A DNA stretch of 49,872 bases from Pseudomonadota bacterium. Lineage in GTDB: Bacteria; Desulfobacterota; Desulfobacteria; Desulfobacterales; RPRI01. Shown piece after piece: positions 1 to 9,838 of this stretch. A program made the position numbers and the translations under genes. Under the pieces are notes generated by a model. It did no database searches and was not told the DNA's origin. It saw only the letters and a program-made list of their open reading frames with translations. How positions within the stretch are numbered: position 1 is the stretch's first letter; each line of letters begins with the position of its first letter. The DNA lies in contig JBDRRF010000055.1 in assembly GCA_043825875.1 (NCBI GenBank), forward strand, positions 1 to 49,872. The letters run 5' to 3'.

Positions 1-76
1 CCAGTTTTTTTGCAACCTTCTCTGCAACCTCCTCTCCACCGCTGTAAGAAGCTCTGGAAATGGTTATGATTGACAT
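1..76 (-). CDS. 5' part of a cytidylate kinase-like family protein (runs off the window edge)
   Basis: Reverse strand reads MSIITISRASYSGGEEVAEKVAKKL, the typical IITISR..SGG N-terminus; SD AGGAGGAG at about 81-88. Confidence 0.75.
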   Translation of the reverse strand, partial: MSIITISRASYSGGEEVAEKVAKKL

Positions 77-220
77 GACACTCCTCCTTTCCCGAATTAA
101 ATGGTATGTGCTGTCCATAAGCTTAAAGCCCCTGAGCAGAAGGGCCAAGCCCCATATGGGACCACAACTATAAATACTATCTTTTTTTAATAATATACCC
201 GACTATGCTAAAAATCAAAG

Positions 221-261
221 AAATAAGGGGTATGAAAATAATATTTCCATACCCCTTATTT
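221..261. terminator. Intrinsic terminator-like hairpin downstream of the TauE gene
   Basis: AAATAAGGGGTATG (221-234) is the reverse complement of CATACCCCTTATTT (248-261), with A/T tails. Confidence 0.7.
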
Positions 262-342
262 TGACTTAACCCGTATTATTTATTATATCATAATATGGTA
301 TAATTGATTGATATATAACAGAACGCCTTCCTTCTCAATATA

Positions 343-1407
343 TTATACCTTCCCATAGCTTTCTTCTGTTGCAAACCTGGGTGATCTTGCTTTCCACATA
401 CTCCCAAGTATGATAACTGCGCCGGTTACAAGGGCAAAACACATTATTCCAAAGCTTATCTTCGTCATCAGATTTATATCTCCCGCGTTCATAGATACCA
501 GCCCGAGCTGATCTAAATACTTTGGTATTGCAAGCCCTCTACTGACCGCAACAAGAAGCATGATTGTACCCATTACAATTTTGATCATATGATCTTTTAC
601 ATATGTTGTTCCTATTGCCCCCAACTGAACACCAAAAAGAGATCCTGCAAGAATAAGAAGAGTAAGACGTATATCAATCATTCCATGCATTGCCCAGTTT
701 ATAGAACCCCCTAAACCCATAATAAATGCTATTACCAGCTCCGTTGCAGAAGCAATGATACTTGATGCACCTATAACATATATCATTCCTGGTACACCTA
801 CAAAACCACCAACAGCAATGGTTGCAGCCAGCATTCCTGCAGCAAAACCAACAGGTATAGTAAACCATAAGGATATTGTTAGATTTGCCTTTTTAAAATG
901 AATCATAGGTGGAAGATTTATAGACTGGAGTTTCCGAGCCAGCATGGTTACCTTCTCAACACCTCCGGTTTTTGCTATTTTCCATGCATCAAAAAAGACA
1001 TATCCACCAACTAATACAAGAATAACAACAAAAGCCAAACTTACATACAGATTGGATCCGGCTTCACCCCATTTTTCGAGGATGTAATGCTGAATCTGAA
1101 TTCCGACCTGAACACCCACTACTGCTGAAGCCGCCGTAACAATTCCAAGCTTTAGGTCCACCTGACCGTATTTAAATCGTTTAAATGCTCCCACCATGGC
1201 TTTTGGAAATTTATGGCACATATTGCTTGCCACAGCTACTGTGCCCGGTACTCCAAGACTCATCATGCCCGGAGTAAGAACAAATGCTCCACCTGATCCG
1301 ATAAAACCGCTTACAAGACCTCCGATAAAACCAATTACAAACAAAAACAATATCGACATAAGATTTAAATCAATAAATTTTAAACTCTCCGCTGCTAAAT
1401 CCTGCAT
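343..1407 (-). CDS. Sulfite exporter TauE/SafE family membrane protein
   Basis: GLVSGFIGSGGAFVLTP and GMLAATIAVGGFVGVPG repeated motifs; multiple TM helices; SD GAGGAGG. Confidence 0.85.
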   Translation of the reverse strand: MQDLAAESLKFIDLNLMSILFLFVIGFIGGLVSGFIGSGGAFVLTPGMMSLGVPGTVAVASNMCHKFPKAMVGAFKRFKYGQVDLKLGIVTAASAVVGVQVGIQIQHYILEKWGEAGSNLYVSLAFVVILVLVGGYVFFDAWKIAKTGGVEKVTMLARKLQSINLPPMIHFKKANLTISLWFTIPVGFAAGMLAATIAVGGFVGVPGMIYVIGASSIIASATELVIAFIMGLGGSINWAMHGMIDIRLTLLILAGSLFGVQLGAIGTTYVKDHMIKIVMGTIMLLVAVSRGLAIPKYLDQLGLVSMNAGDINLMTKISFGIMCFALVTGAVIILGSMWKARSPRFATEESYGKV

Positions 1408-1480
1408 ATTTCCTCCTCAAAATATTTATTAGCGATATAACTTAATATATACTCTACAATTTAAATGCTGTTTGTTTAAT

Positions 1481-2251
1481 TTATAGTCTGTGAAAAGGAT
1501 TGATGTATGCACGAGCCCGCGGTCTTTTTCTTGCAGCTTTTTTAGTTCGCACATCATCTTTAACACTCTTTTCAATAGTCACAACCTTTGTATCAGCATG
1601 AGCTGCTTCAATTCCCATAAGAGACCAAAAATTACTGGCAAATGCTCCATGGGCAAACGAAAAAGCAAAAACAGTCAAAATCGGCAATGCCGAATACCAC
1701 CCGCCTCGTGTGAAATAATCTGTTATTGTATCGGTATTTGTAAAAACAGCTGCATAGAGAGCTAAACTTATTGCACCATAGCCCAATGTTTTACCTACCG
1801 GCTTCTTTTTCTTAATTTCCTTTTCCATAGCCTTACCTCCTTTTATATTTTTATTTGTAAAAACACTGAAAACCGGTATCGTAACTTCTGCCGCGATCTT
1901 TTCTTTGCTTTCGTCAGATCCGGTTATTATAAATTCTATCCTTTTTACTTCATGGATAACTTTTTCAACTACTTCTCCTGAATCACCAAATCGTTGCTGA
2001 TAGTCACAATTTACTCCACCGGATGCAGCCCTGATCCCAAATAATTTGTTAAAATATTTTTCAGACTTACCGGATATTTCATTCAAACTTTTTTGAATAA
2101 CACTTAATGCAATAATGTCATAATTAAGGCGCTTCGCCACTTGAACGGCATAATCAATTAAATTTTCAGAAAACAATCCATCTTCACCAACAACTATAAT
2201 TTTTCTGTGCCCCTGCATTTTGCTGTTTTCTGAATTACTTTTTGAATTCAT
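1481..2251 (-). CDS. Universal-stress-protein-like N-terminal domain fused to a small 2-TM membrane domain
   Basis: RKIIVVGEDGLFSENLIDYAVQVAKRL is USP-like; hydrophobic C-terminal half; internal SD+ATG at 1828. Confidence 0.6.
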   Translation of the reverse strand: MNSKSNSENSKMQGHRKIIVVGEDGLFSENLIDYAVQVAKRLNYDIIALSVIQKSLNEISGKSEKYFNKLFGIRAASGGVNCDYQQRFGDSGEVVEKVIHEVKRIEFIITGSDESKEKIAAEVTIPVFSVFTNKNIKGGKAMEKEIKKKKPVGKTLGYGAISLALYAAVFTNTDTITDYFTRGGWYSALPILTVFAFSFAHGAFASNFWSLMGIEAAHADTKVVTIEKSVKDDVRTKKAARKRPRARAYINPFHRL

Positions 2252-2319
2252 AAATCAATTAACCTTTTTTAAAAAAATTTCAGCTATTCAGAGAAAAAAT
2301 GCTGTACGTTTAAATACAA

Positions 2320-2335
2320 TCCAAGTATTGTGCCA
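2320..2335 (-). promoter_or_regulatory. Sigma54 (-24/-12) promoter for the USP/TauE operon
   Basis: Reverse strand TGGCAC-AATAC-TTGGA matches TGGCAC-N5-TTGC with one change at -12; about 70 bp upstream of the ATG at 2251. Confidence 0.7.
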
Positions 2336-2413
2336 TATAAGAACAATATCTATAACTATCTATAATATTAGCATAATAAGATACTATCATATATCTGCTC
2401 ATTTCCCAGCAGT

Positions 2414-2517
2414 TATTGCACTATGCAACATAATATCAGGCAGTAATATATTTTATTATAATATCAATATTTTATAATCGTGTTACATCTTGCTAATAAC
2501 TGTTGCTAAATGCAACG
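2414..2517. promoter_or_regulatory. Palindromic enhancer-binding-protein sites, consensus TGTTGCA-N3-TGCAACA
   Basis: TATTGCACTATGCAACA (2414-2430), TGTTGCTAAATGCAACG (2501-2517), weaker TGTTACATCTTGCTAAT (2481-2497); IHF-like TATCAATATTTTA at 2462-2474. Confidence 0.6.
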
Positions 2518-2604
2518 TAGCCATCAGGATTGGAAATCATTGCTATTGTGCGTATTTTTCGGTAGTATCAGAAACATTTTCCAATATACAAAAAGGATGG
2601 AATT

Positions 2605-4626
2605 ATGATTTTTACAAAAAAGTCTGAAAAACAAATAGGAGAAGACAAAAGATCCAACCAGGAACTTTCAGAACTTCGTACTTCAATAGAGAAAGCAGGA
2701 TTATCCGATTCTCTTGTTTCTGTTGCAATAAGAGAGCTGGAACGCATGGAGAACATGGATGTTTCTGCGCCGGAATACAGTATAGGCTTTAATTATATCG
2801 AATACCTCCTATCTCTGCCCTGGCATAATTTCACAGATGACAATCTTGATTTAAAGCATGCTGAAAAAATAATGGAGTCCAAACATTATGGTTTGAATGC
2901 CATCAAAGAACGTGTGCTTGAATATCTTTCAGTAAGAACCCTTTTCAGTATCCAGAAATTTCATATAATGGTTGTTGATGATGAAGAAATAGCAAGAAAC
3001 AACCTTGAATATATATTACGCAAAGAAGGTTATGCGTTAAGTACGGCCGCAAACGGGCTTGAAGCATTAAATATTTTAAAAGAACAGCATATAGATCTGA
3101 TATTAACCGATCTGAAAATGGAAAAAATGGACGGCCTTCAATTGCTGGAATCGGCAAAAAAGATATCTCCTCATACCGAACTTGTTATGATAACCGGATT
3201 TGCAACTGTTACTTCTGCTGTAAACGCATTGAAAAAAGGCGCATTTCATTATCTTCCCAAACCTGTTAATCTGGATGAACTGCGCCAAACTGTGCGTCAG
3301 ATAATTGAGAAGAAAAAACATATGCAAATGACCCGAAGCCCTATACTTTGCTTTGCCGGCCCTCCCGGAACCGGGAAAACTTCGGTCGGAAAAGCTATCG
3401 CAGAAGCTTTGGGAAGAAATTTTGTTCGTATTTCTCTTGCAGGATTAAGAGATGAAGCTGATTTGCGTGGGCATCGAAGAACTTATGTAGGTGCAATGCC
3501 GGGAAGAATTATTAATGAGATAAAACGCGCAGGATCATGCAATCCTGTTTTTATGCTCGATGAAATTGATAAAATCGGGCAGGATTTTCATGGTGATCCG
3601 GCTTCGGTTCTATTAGAAATTCTCGATCCAGAACAAAACAGTAGTTTTAGCGATCATTATCTTGATGCCCCTTTCGATCTGTCGGGAGTAATGTTTATCT
3701 CAACAGCCAATATGGTTGAAAAGCTTCCTGCGCCTCTTTTAGACAGGCTGGAAGTAATTCGTTTTTCAGGTTACACGGAAAAAGAAAAAAGAAATATCGC
3801 AAAGCTTCATCTTATTCCAAAACAGATCAAAGAGCATGGTTTATCCGGCTTCAATATAGAAGTTTTAGATAATGCCATATCAAAAATCATAAATAACTAC
3901 ACACAGGAAGCAGGACTTCGCAATTTTGAGCGCGAAATTGCAACAATATTCCGAAAAATGGCAAGACTTTTTCTTCAAAACGGCAATGGTCCTGACAATA
4001 CAAATTCGATAACAGTTGATGATATACTTATTGAAAAACTACTGGGTCCCGTAAAATTTACCCATGAAATCGCTGGAAGAGAAAATACAGCCGGCATTAC
4101 AACAGGCCTTGTGTGGACTGAATTCGGAGGAGAAATTATCTTTATTGAAGCAAGTATGATGAAAGGAAACCGGCAACTTATCCTGACAGGATCAATGGGA
4201 AATGTTTTGCAGGAATCCGCCCAGACTGCCCTAAGTTTTGTAAGAAGCAATGCCGGGCAATTCGGAATAGATCCGGATTTTTTTAACGAAAAAGATATTC
4301 ATATTCACATCCCTTCAGGAGCAATACCTAAAGATGGCCCATCAGCAGGTATCACAATTGCCATTTCCCTTATTTCTCTTTTAACAGGAAAACCGGCAAG
4401 AAATGATATTGCTCTGACAGGTGAGTTAACTTTAAGCGGAAGGATATTAGGTATAAGCGGAATACGTGAAAAAATTCTTGCTGCTCAACGAAGCGGAATA
4501 AAAATTGTGGTTTTTCCTAAGCGTAATGAAACAGACATTGCCAATCTGGAACCGGAAGCCAAAGAAGGAGTTGAGATAGTACTTGCGGAAGACATTCCTT
4601 CTATTGCAAAGCTTGTAATGCAATAG
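2605..4626 (+). CDS. lon: Lon (endopeptidase La) protease lacking the N-domain, with an inserted response-regulator receiver domain
   Basis: HYGL..IKERVLEYL, Walker A GPPGTGKTS, GHRRTYVGAMPG, Walker B MLDEIDK, catalytic KDGPSAG and GIREK; REC (VVDDE, LILTDLKM, ITG, LPKP) at about 2959-3312. Confidence 0.93.
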   Translation: MIFTKKSEKQIGEDKRSNQELSELRTSIEKAGLSDSLVSVAIRELERMENMDVSAPEYSIGFNYIEYLLSLPWHNFTDDNLDLKHAEKIMESKHYGLNAIKERVLEYLSVRTLFSIQKFHIMVVDDEEIARNNLEYILRKEGYALSTAANGLEALNILKEQHIDLILTDLKMEKMDGLQLLESAKKISPHTELVMITGFATVTSAVNALKKGAFHYLPKPVNLDELRQTVRQIIEKKKHMQMTRSPILCFAGPPGTGKTSVGKAIAEALGRNFVRISLAGLRDEADLRGHRRTYVGAMPGRIINEIKRAGSCNPVFMLDEIDKIGQDFHGDPASVLLEILDPEQNSSFSDHYLDAPFDLSGVMFISTANMVEKLPAPLLDRLEVIRFSGYTEKEKRNIAKLHLIPKQIKEHGLSGFNIEVLDNAISKIINNYTQEAGLRNFEREIATIFRKMARLFLQNGNGPDNTNSITVDDILIEKLLGPVKFTHEIAGRENTAGITTGLVWTEFGGEIIFIEASMMKGNRQLILTGSMGNVLQESAQTALSFVRSNAGQFGIDPDFFNEKDIHIHIPSGAIPKDGPSAGITIAISLISLLTGKPARNDIALTGELTLSGRILGISGIREKILAAQRSGIKIVVFPKRNETDIANLEPEAKEGVEIVLAEDIPSIAKLVMQ

Positions 4627-4628
4627 TT

Positions 4629-5987
4629 TTAACTGTCAAGGTCATATCGTCTCAATTTTCTCCATAAGGATACCCTGTCTATACCAAGTATCTCCGCTGC
4701 TTTGGTTTTTTTATTTTCAACCTGTTCCAGCACCCATGAGATATACTCCATTTCGTTTTCTTCCAGTGTAAGAAATTCCCTTTGCCGTCTGCTTTGTATT
4801 CTGAATTTTAACTGCTGGAAATCCGGCGGGAGATGACGCATTGCAATAATATCTTTTTCAGCCATTGCCACAGCGTGTTCCATAATATTTTCCAGTTCAC
4901 GTATATTGCCGGGATACTCATAGTTTTCAAGCATTGCCATTACATCATCAGCAATATTGTCAATCTTTTTGCCCTGCATTTCAGAATATTTTATTAAAAA
5001 ATATCTACACAAAACCGGAATACTCTCTTTTCTTTGTGCAAGAGGCGGAACATGCAGTGTAATGACATTAAGCCGGTAAAACAAATCCTGACGAAAATTT
5101 CCTTCTTCGATCTCAAGTAAAAGATTTTTATTTGTTGCAGCAATCACCCGGATATCAACCTCAACTTCATCAGTGCCCCCTACCCTGATTAATGTCCTGT
5201 CCTGCAAAACCCTCAAAAGTTTTACCTGCATAGAAAGAGGCATATCCCCTATTTCATCTAAAAAAACGGTTCCGCCTTCGGCAGCCTCCAATAAGCCTTT
5301 TTTTACTCCGCGCGCGCCTGTAAAAGCTTCTTTCTCATGGCCGAATAGTTCATTTGCAAGCAGTTCCTCATTGAAAGCCCCGCAATTAACGGCAAGAAAT
5401 CTTTTCTCATAGCGATTACTCTGCTGGTGAATCATTTTAGCTACCAGTTCCTTGCCGGTTCCAGTTTCACCGAGTATAAGCACCGTACAATCCGTTGGTG
5501 CAATCTGCGCTACAGTCTTTTTCAGACTCTCCATTTTAGAATTGTTACCGGTAATAAAAGTAATTTCTTTTTTGTTTTCAATACGAAGCTTAAGTTCTGA
5601 AACTTCTTTTTTTAAAGATTTTTTTTCAAGAGCTTGTCTTACAAGTAACCTGACTTCATCTATTTTAACCGGTTTTGGTATATAATAAAAAGCACCTCCC
5701 TGCATTGCTTCTACTGCCGTAACTACTGTTGCGTATCCTGTTATAATGATAACTTCCGTATCAGGATACAGCTCTTTTGTCTTTTCAAGAACCTTAATGC
5801 CATCAACTACCTGCATTTTAAGATCTGTGAGCACAAGATCATATTCGGTTTTTTCAAGCTCTTTTAAGGCTGCAATACCGCTTTCTACCGGTACGGTTTC
5901 ATACCCTTCTTTTTTAAGGATATGATCCAGATTTTCTCTTGCAATCTGTTCATCATCCACAATTAATATCCGGGCAGTTTTTAACAT
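4629..5987 (-). CDS. Sigma54-dependent NtrC/AtoC-family response regulator (REC-AAA-HTH)
   Basis: REC domain; GETGTGKE; EAFTGA loop; FLDEIG; FRQDLFYRLNV; YPGNIRELEN; C-terminal Fis-type HTH. Confidence 0.95.
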   Translation of the reverse strand: MLKTARILIVDDEQIARENLDHILKKEGYETVPVESGIAALKELEKTEYDLVLTDLKMQVVDGIKVLEKTKELYPDTEVIIITGYATVVTAVEAMQGGAFYYIPKPVKIDEVRLLVRQALEKKSLKKEVSELKLRIENKKEITFITGNNSKMESLKKTVAQIAPTDCTVLILGETGTGKELVAKMIHQQSNRYEKRFLAVNCGAFNEELLANELFGHEKEAFTGARGVKKGLLEAAEGGTVFLDEIGDMPLSMQVKLLRVLQDRTLIRVGGTDEVEVDIRVIAATNKNLLLEIEEGNFRQDLFYRLNVITLHVPPLAQRKESIPVLCRYFLIKYSEMQGKKIDNIADDVMAMLENYEYPGNIRELENIMEHAVAMAEKDIIAMRHLPPDFQQLKFRIQSRRQREFLTLEENEMEYISWVLEQVENKKTKAAEILGIDRVSLWRKLRRYDLDS

Positions 5988-5998
5988 TATTATCTCCT

Positions 5999-7435
5999 TT
6001 ATGCCCGCTGATGCAGAGGAAGATGGATTATAAATCTGGTGCCTTCTCCGACCTCACTCTCAACCGAAACTAAGCCTTTATGCTGCTGAATAATCCCGTA
6101 GACGATCGAAAGACCCAGGCCTGTTCCTACACCAACTTCTTTTGTAGTAAAAAAAGGATCAAAAATCATATCAAAATTTTCTTCAGGAATGCCGACTCCT
6201 GTATCTTCAAAAGTTATAACAGCCATTCCGGCGCCATGATCCGGCTGGGCCGATATTTTTATCAGCCCGGACAAGCTTTCAATAGCCTGAACAGCATTGA
6301 TAATTAAATTCAGAAAAACCTCCTGAATCCGTTGTGTATCTATATCAATGACTAAATCTTTTGGTATATCTTTTTGAATTTCGATTCCGGAAGGCACCTG
6401 GCTTGAAACAAGTCTTATTGAGCGTTCCACCACTTCATCAAGAGAAGCAGGTACCAGGGCAAAATCCCTGTCACGTGAAAATTCTAAAAGCCCTTTTACG
6501 GTATCTCTGGCCCTGTTAACTTCCTGTTCAATATTTAAAAGCATCCTGTGCATAAATTCAGGTTCCGCTTTACTTCCTTCTTCCAAAAGTATCTGGCAGG
6601 AAGTTGAAATATTGTTTAGTGGATTGTTAAGCTGATGGGCAACACCTGAGGTAAGAATCCCTATTGATGACAGTTTTTTTGTTTGAACCAGTTGTTCCTG
6701 GCGTTTTTCAAGTTCTGCAACCATGCGGTTGAATGCTTCAACTACACGCTGTGTTTCATCCCTTGTATTTTGAACAGGAATAAAAGAAAAATTCCCATTT
6801 GCTATCTGGACCGTTGTTTTCTCAATAATCCTCAAAGGCTTTATTATCTTTCTTGCCATCATTGGTATTAAAAACATACCCATTGATAGAAATAATGTAA
6901 CATTAATGACAATATGTTTTTTAAGTTGACCGATTATAACAAGAATCCTTTCCCTTTCAAAACTTACAAGGGCTATTGACCTGTCTACAAGATTTTTCCC
7001 TTCCGCCCGCAGCCTGTCTTCCAGATCATTTTCACAGTCTTTCCTTCCCCCTACTACACAAACAGCCATTTGATCCATCAGCTTTTCATACTTTATTAAT
7101 CCCTTTTCAATCAATCCGATCTGAGGCGCACCTTTCATTTTTTTCATACCGGCGGGAATGCTTGAAAGCACTTCAAGGCCCTTTTTAATATAACTCCTAT
7201 TCTCAGATAGATCGTCCTGTGAACCGTAGAGAAGAAAGTTTTTTTCATACCGCCTTATTTCAAGTACTGTATTGCTAAGATCATCGGCAACTTCAACAAG
7301 GTGCTGTTTCTGTTCTATCTGATGCAAAAACCGATATGAATTTCCCCCGACAAATCCTATTACAAGAAGGCATATGGTAAGACCAACAATTATTTTTTTG
7401 CGTATATTTAAGGAGAATGTTTTGACTCTAAACAA
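5999..7435 (-). CDS. Membrane sensor histidine kinase (2 TM, HAMP, HisKA, HATPase)
   Basis: H-box AHQLNNPL, N-box [32 protein letters not shown] start with SD GAGGTG. Confidence 0.93.
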   Translation of the reverse strand: MFRVKTFSLNIRKKIIVGLTICLLVIGFVGGNSYRFLHQIEQKQHLVEVADDLSNTVLEIRRYEKNFLLYGSQDDLSENRSYIKKGLEVLSSIPAGMKKMKGAPQIGLIEKGLIKYEKLMDQMAVCVVGGRKDCENDLEDRLRAEGKNLVDRSIALVSFERERILVIIGQLKKHIVINVTLFLSMGMFLIPMMARKIIKPLRIIEKTTVQIANGNFSFIPVQNTRDETQRVVEAFNRMVAELEKRQEQLVQTKKLSSIGILTSGVAHQLNNPLNNISTSCQILLEEGSKAEPEFMHRMLLNIEQEVNRARDTVKGLLEFSRDRDFALVPASLDEVVERSIRLVSSQVPSGIEIQKDIPKDLVIDIDTQRIQEVFLNLIINAVQAIESLSGLIKISAQPDHGAGMAVITFEDTGVGIPEENFDMIFDPFFTTKEVGVGTGLGLSIVYGIIQQHKGLVSVESEVGEGTRFIIHLPLHQRA

Positions 7436-7478
7436 TTTATCACCTCATATAGGTCTCTAACTGTTAATTCCCGCAGCA

Positions 7479-8873
7479 TCATATCTTCCGTTTTAGACGC
7501 ACAACAAAAAAGCCATCCATATTATTAATATGAGGGTATGTTTTAATAAATCCTTCACTGTTCAAAAATGGCTTAAAAATCTTTTGGAAACAACGCACAT
7601 CATCAATTGTAAAATCAGAATGTTTTAATAAAAATTTACTTATTACTTCTTCGTTCTCTTCCGGTTCAGTGCTGCACACTGCATACACTATAATTCCCCC
7701 CGGTTTCAGAACCATTGCAAGATTGTCTAAAAAAAGAAATTGCCTTTTTTGATAAAATAACAGTTTATCTTCGGTCAGTTTCCATTTAATATCAGGATTT
7801 CTGCGTATAACACCCATACTTGAACAGGGAGCATCAATTAGAATCCGGTCAAACTTTCCGGAATAATTTTTAAGAAAAACAGGATCACCAAGATCTCCCA
7901 TGGATGTTTTAACATTTGTTATGCCAAGTCTTTCCATATCAAGGCTTAGCTTAAGCAGTTTTTCTTTCTCGTAATCTATTGCTGTAATACTGCCTTTGTT
8001 TTTCATTAATTGACCGATATGTCCTGTTTTCCCTCCAAGTCCTGCGCAGGCATCCATTATGGTTTCCCCTGGTTGCGGATCCAAAAGAAAAGCTACAAGC
8101 TGGGCGGCTTCATCCTGTACCTGAAACCATCCATTTTTAAAGGCTTCCATTTCGGAAATAGAATTCTTTGGGCGCAAAAAAGAAACTCCGTTGGGCGAAC
8201 AAACTGTCTGGCTGACATCCTGGACTTCTTGTTCAATACAATCAATAAGCTCATTACGGTTTGTTTTAAGTGTGTTTACCCGTATTGTGATAGGAGGAAT
8301 GTTGTTAATGGCATCGCACAGATCAATAGTCGATTTTTTTCCAAGGAGTCCGATCCATCTTTTTATCATCCATTCAGGAAAAGATTTGTTTACAGAAATG
8401 GCATATTCGGGCTTATTATTCAAATCAGGAAAACAAAGAGATTTATATTCTCGTCCGGTTCTTCGTAATACAGCATTAACATATCCTGAACTTTTAATTC
8501 CTGCTACATGTTTTGCAATTTCAACGGAAGTATTAACTGCCGCAGAAATGGGTATCCTGTTTAGATGTATAATTTGAAATAGTCCAAGGCGCAGAATATT
8601 TAAAATTTCAGTATTGGTTTTTTCCAAAGGCTGTTTGGAAAATTGTTGTATTATCCAGTCCAGCCGGCTACGCCATCTTAGTACTCCATAAACAAGGGCG
8701 TTAAATAAAGCCTTCTCCCTTTTAGGAAGATCATATTTTCTTTGGAATTCTTCAAGAAGATTATCAAGAGTATACTTTTTCTTATCTATCTTGTTCAATA
8801 AATGAAGAGCCAAAGTGCGGGTATCGTTTACAAAAAGCGAATCATTATTGCCATTTATTTGGAATTTATTCAT
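7479..8873 (-). CDS. rsmB: 16S rRNA m5C967 methyltransferase RsmB/Sun
   Basis: NusB-like N-terminus; QDEAAQ, DACAGLGGKT, ILIDAPCS, YAVCST.PEENE. Confidence 0.93.
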   Translation of the reverse strand: MNKFQINGNNDSLFVNDTRTLALHLLNKIDKKKYTLDNLLEEFQRKYDLPKREKALFNALVYGVLRWRSRLDWIIQQFSKQPLEKTNTEILNILRLGLFQIIHLNRIPISAAVNTSVEIAKHVAGIKSSGYVNAVLRRTGREYKSLCFPDLNNKPEYAISVNKSFPEWMIKRWIGLLGKKSTIDLCDAINNIPPITIRVNTLKTNRNELIDCIEQEVQDVSQTVCSPNGVSFLRPKNSISEMEAFKNGWFQVQDEAAQLVAFLLDPQPGETIMDACAGLGGKTGHIGQLMKNKGSITAIDYEKEKLLKLSLDMERLGITNVKTSMGDLGDPVFLKNYSGKFDRILIDAPCSSMGVIRRNPDIKWKLTEDKLLFYQKRQFLFLDNLAMVLKPGGIIVYAVCSTEPEENEEVISKFLLKHSDFTIDDVRCFQKIFKPFLNSEGFIKTYPHINNMDGFFVVRLKRKI

Positions 8874-8896
8874 TTTTCAAGGTTCATATTTTTTAT

Positions 8897-9838
8897 TTAC
8901 ACCAAAACAGTTCCTTGTGTAATATTATTGCAGCCGCATAAATAATTTTTTATATTTTGACGCTTTCCGGATTCTTCCTGAATTTCCTTTATTGACAAAA
9001 TGCCGTCACCTGTTGCAACAAAAAGATGATCTCTTGTCTCACCAACTATCGTTCCGGGAACCTGCTTTGCGTTGCCTGGAATAACATCTGAATCAAAGAT
9101 CTTGAGCCGTTTATCCCCATGCATGGTAAAAGCGCCAGGCCATGGGTTTATACCCCGAATGAAAGCTTCAATTTCTTTTGCTGTTTTTGACCAGTTTATA
9201 CGGCCATCTTTTTTTTTCAGCAAAGGTGCATATGTAGCAAGAGAATTATCCTGAGGCACCGGATTTAAGGTGTTTGCTTCAATTCCGGATAAAGTCTTTA
9301 TTAAAAGATCGGAAGCTGTGAGTGCCAGGCGGTCATGAAGTGAAGAATAAGTGTCTTCAGAAGAAATTATGACTTCGGCAGACAATAAAATATCACCGGT
9401 ATCAAGCCCTTTATCCATAAGCATTGACGTTATGCCTGTTTTCTTTTCCATGTTTATCACCGCCCACTGAATGGGAGCAGGCCCGCGGTATTTAGGAAGC
9501 AAAGAGGCATGGAGGTTAATTGCGCCTTTTTTTGGTATATCAAGGATCTTTTTCGGTAGTATATGGCCAAAAGCTATTACTACAAACAAATCCGGACAAA
9601 GCGAAGATATCAGGTCGGAAAATTCAGGAGTTTTAATGGATGAGGGTTGAGCGATACTATAACCTAACTCAAGCGCAGTTTCTTTAACAGGAGTAAATAC
9701 CAGTTTTCTGCCTCTTCCTTTGGGACGATCAGGTTGTGTTACAACAAGCACAACTTCATAACCGGTATTATGCAAAGCTTTTAAAGACGGTACAGCAAAG
9801 TCCGGAGTACCCATAAATATTATTCTTTGCTTATTCAT
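8897..9838 (-). CDS. fmt: Methionyl-tRNA formyltransferase
   Basis: FMGTPDFA, VTQPDRPKGRG, NLHASLLPKYRG.API, LDTGD. Confidence 0.97.
   Translation of the reverse strand: MNKQRIIFMGTPDFAVPSLKALHNTGYEVVLVVTQPDRPKGRGRKLVFTPVKETALELGYSIAQPSSIKTPEFSDLISSLCPDLFVVIAFGHILPKKILDIPKKGAINLHASLLPKYRGPAPIQWAVINMEKKTGITSMLMDKGLDTGDILLSAEVIISSEDTYSSLHDRLALTASDLLIKTLSGIEANTLNPVPQDNSLATYAPLLKKKDGRINWSKTAKEIEAFIRGINPWPGAFTMHGDKRLKIFDSDVIPGNAKQVPGTIVGETRDHLFVATGDGILSIKEIQEESGKRQNIKNYLCGCNNITQGTVLV

Noticed and set aside
288..356. Short ORF MGRYNIL... overlapping the TauE stop, possibly the remnant of a deleted downstream gene
   Set aside because: Only 22 codons with no recognisable motif
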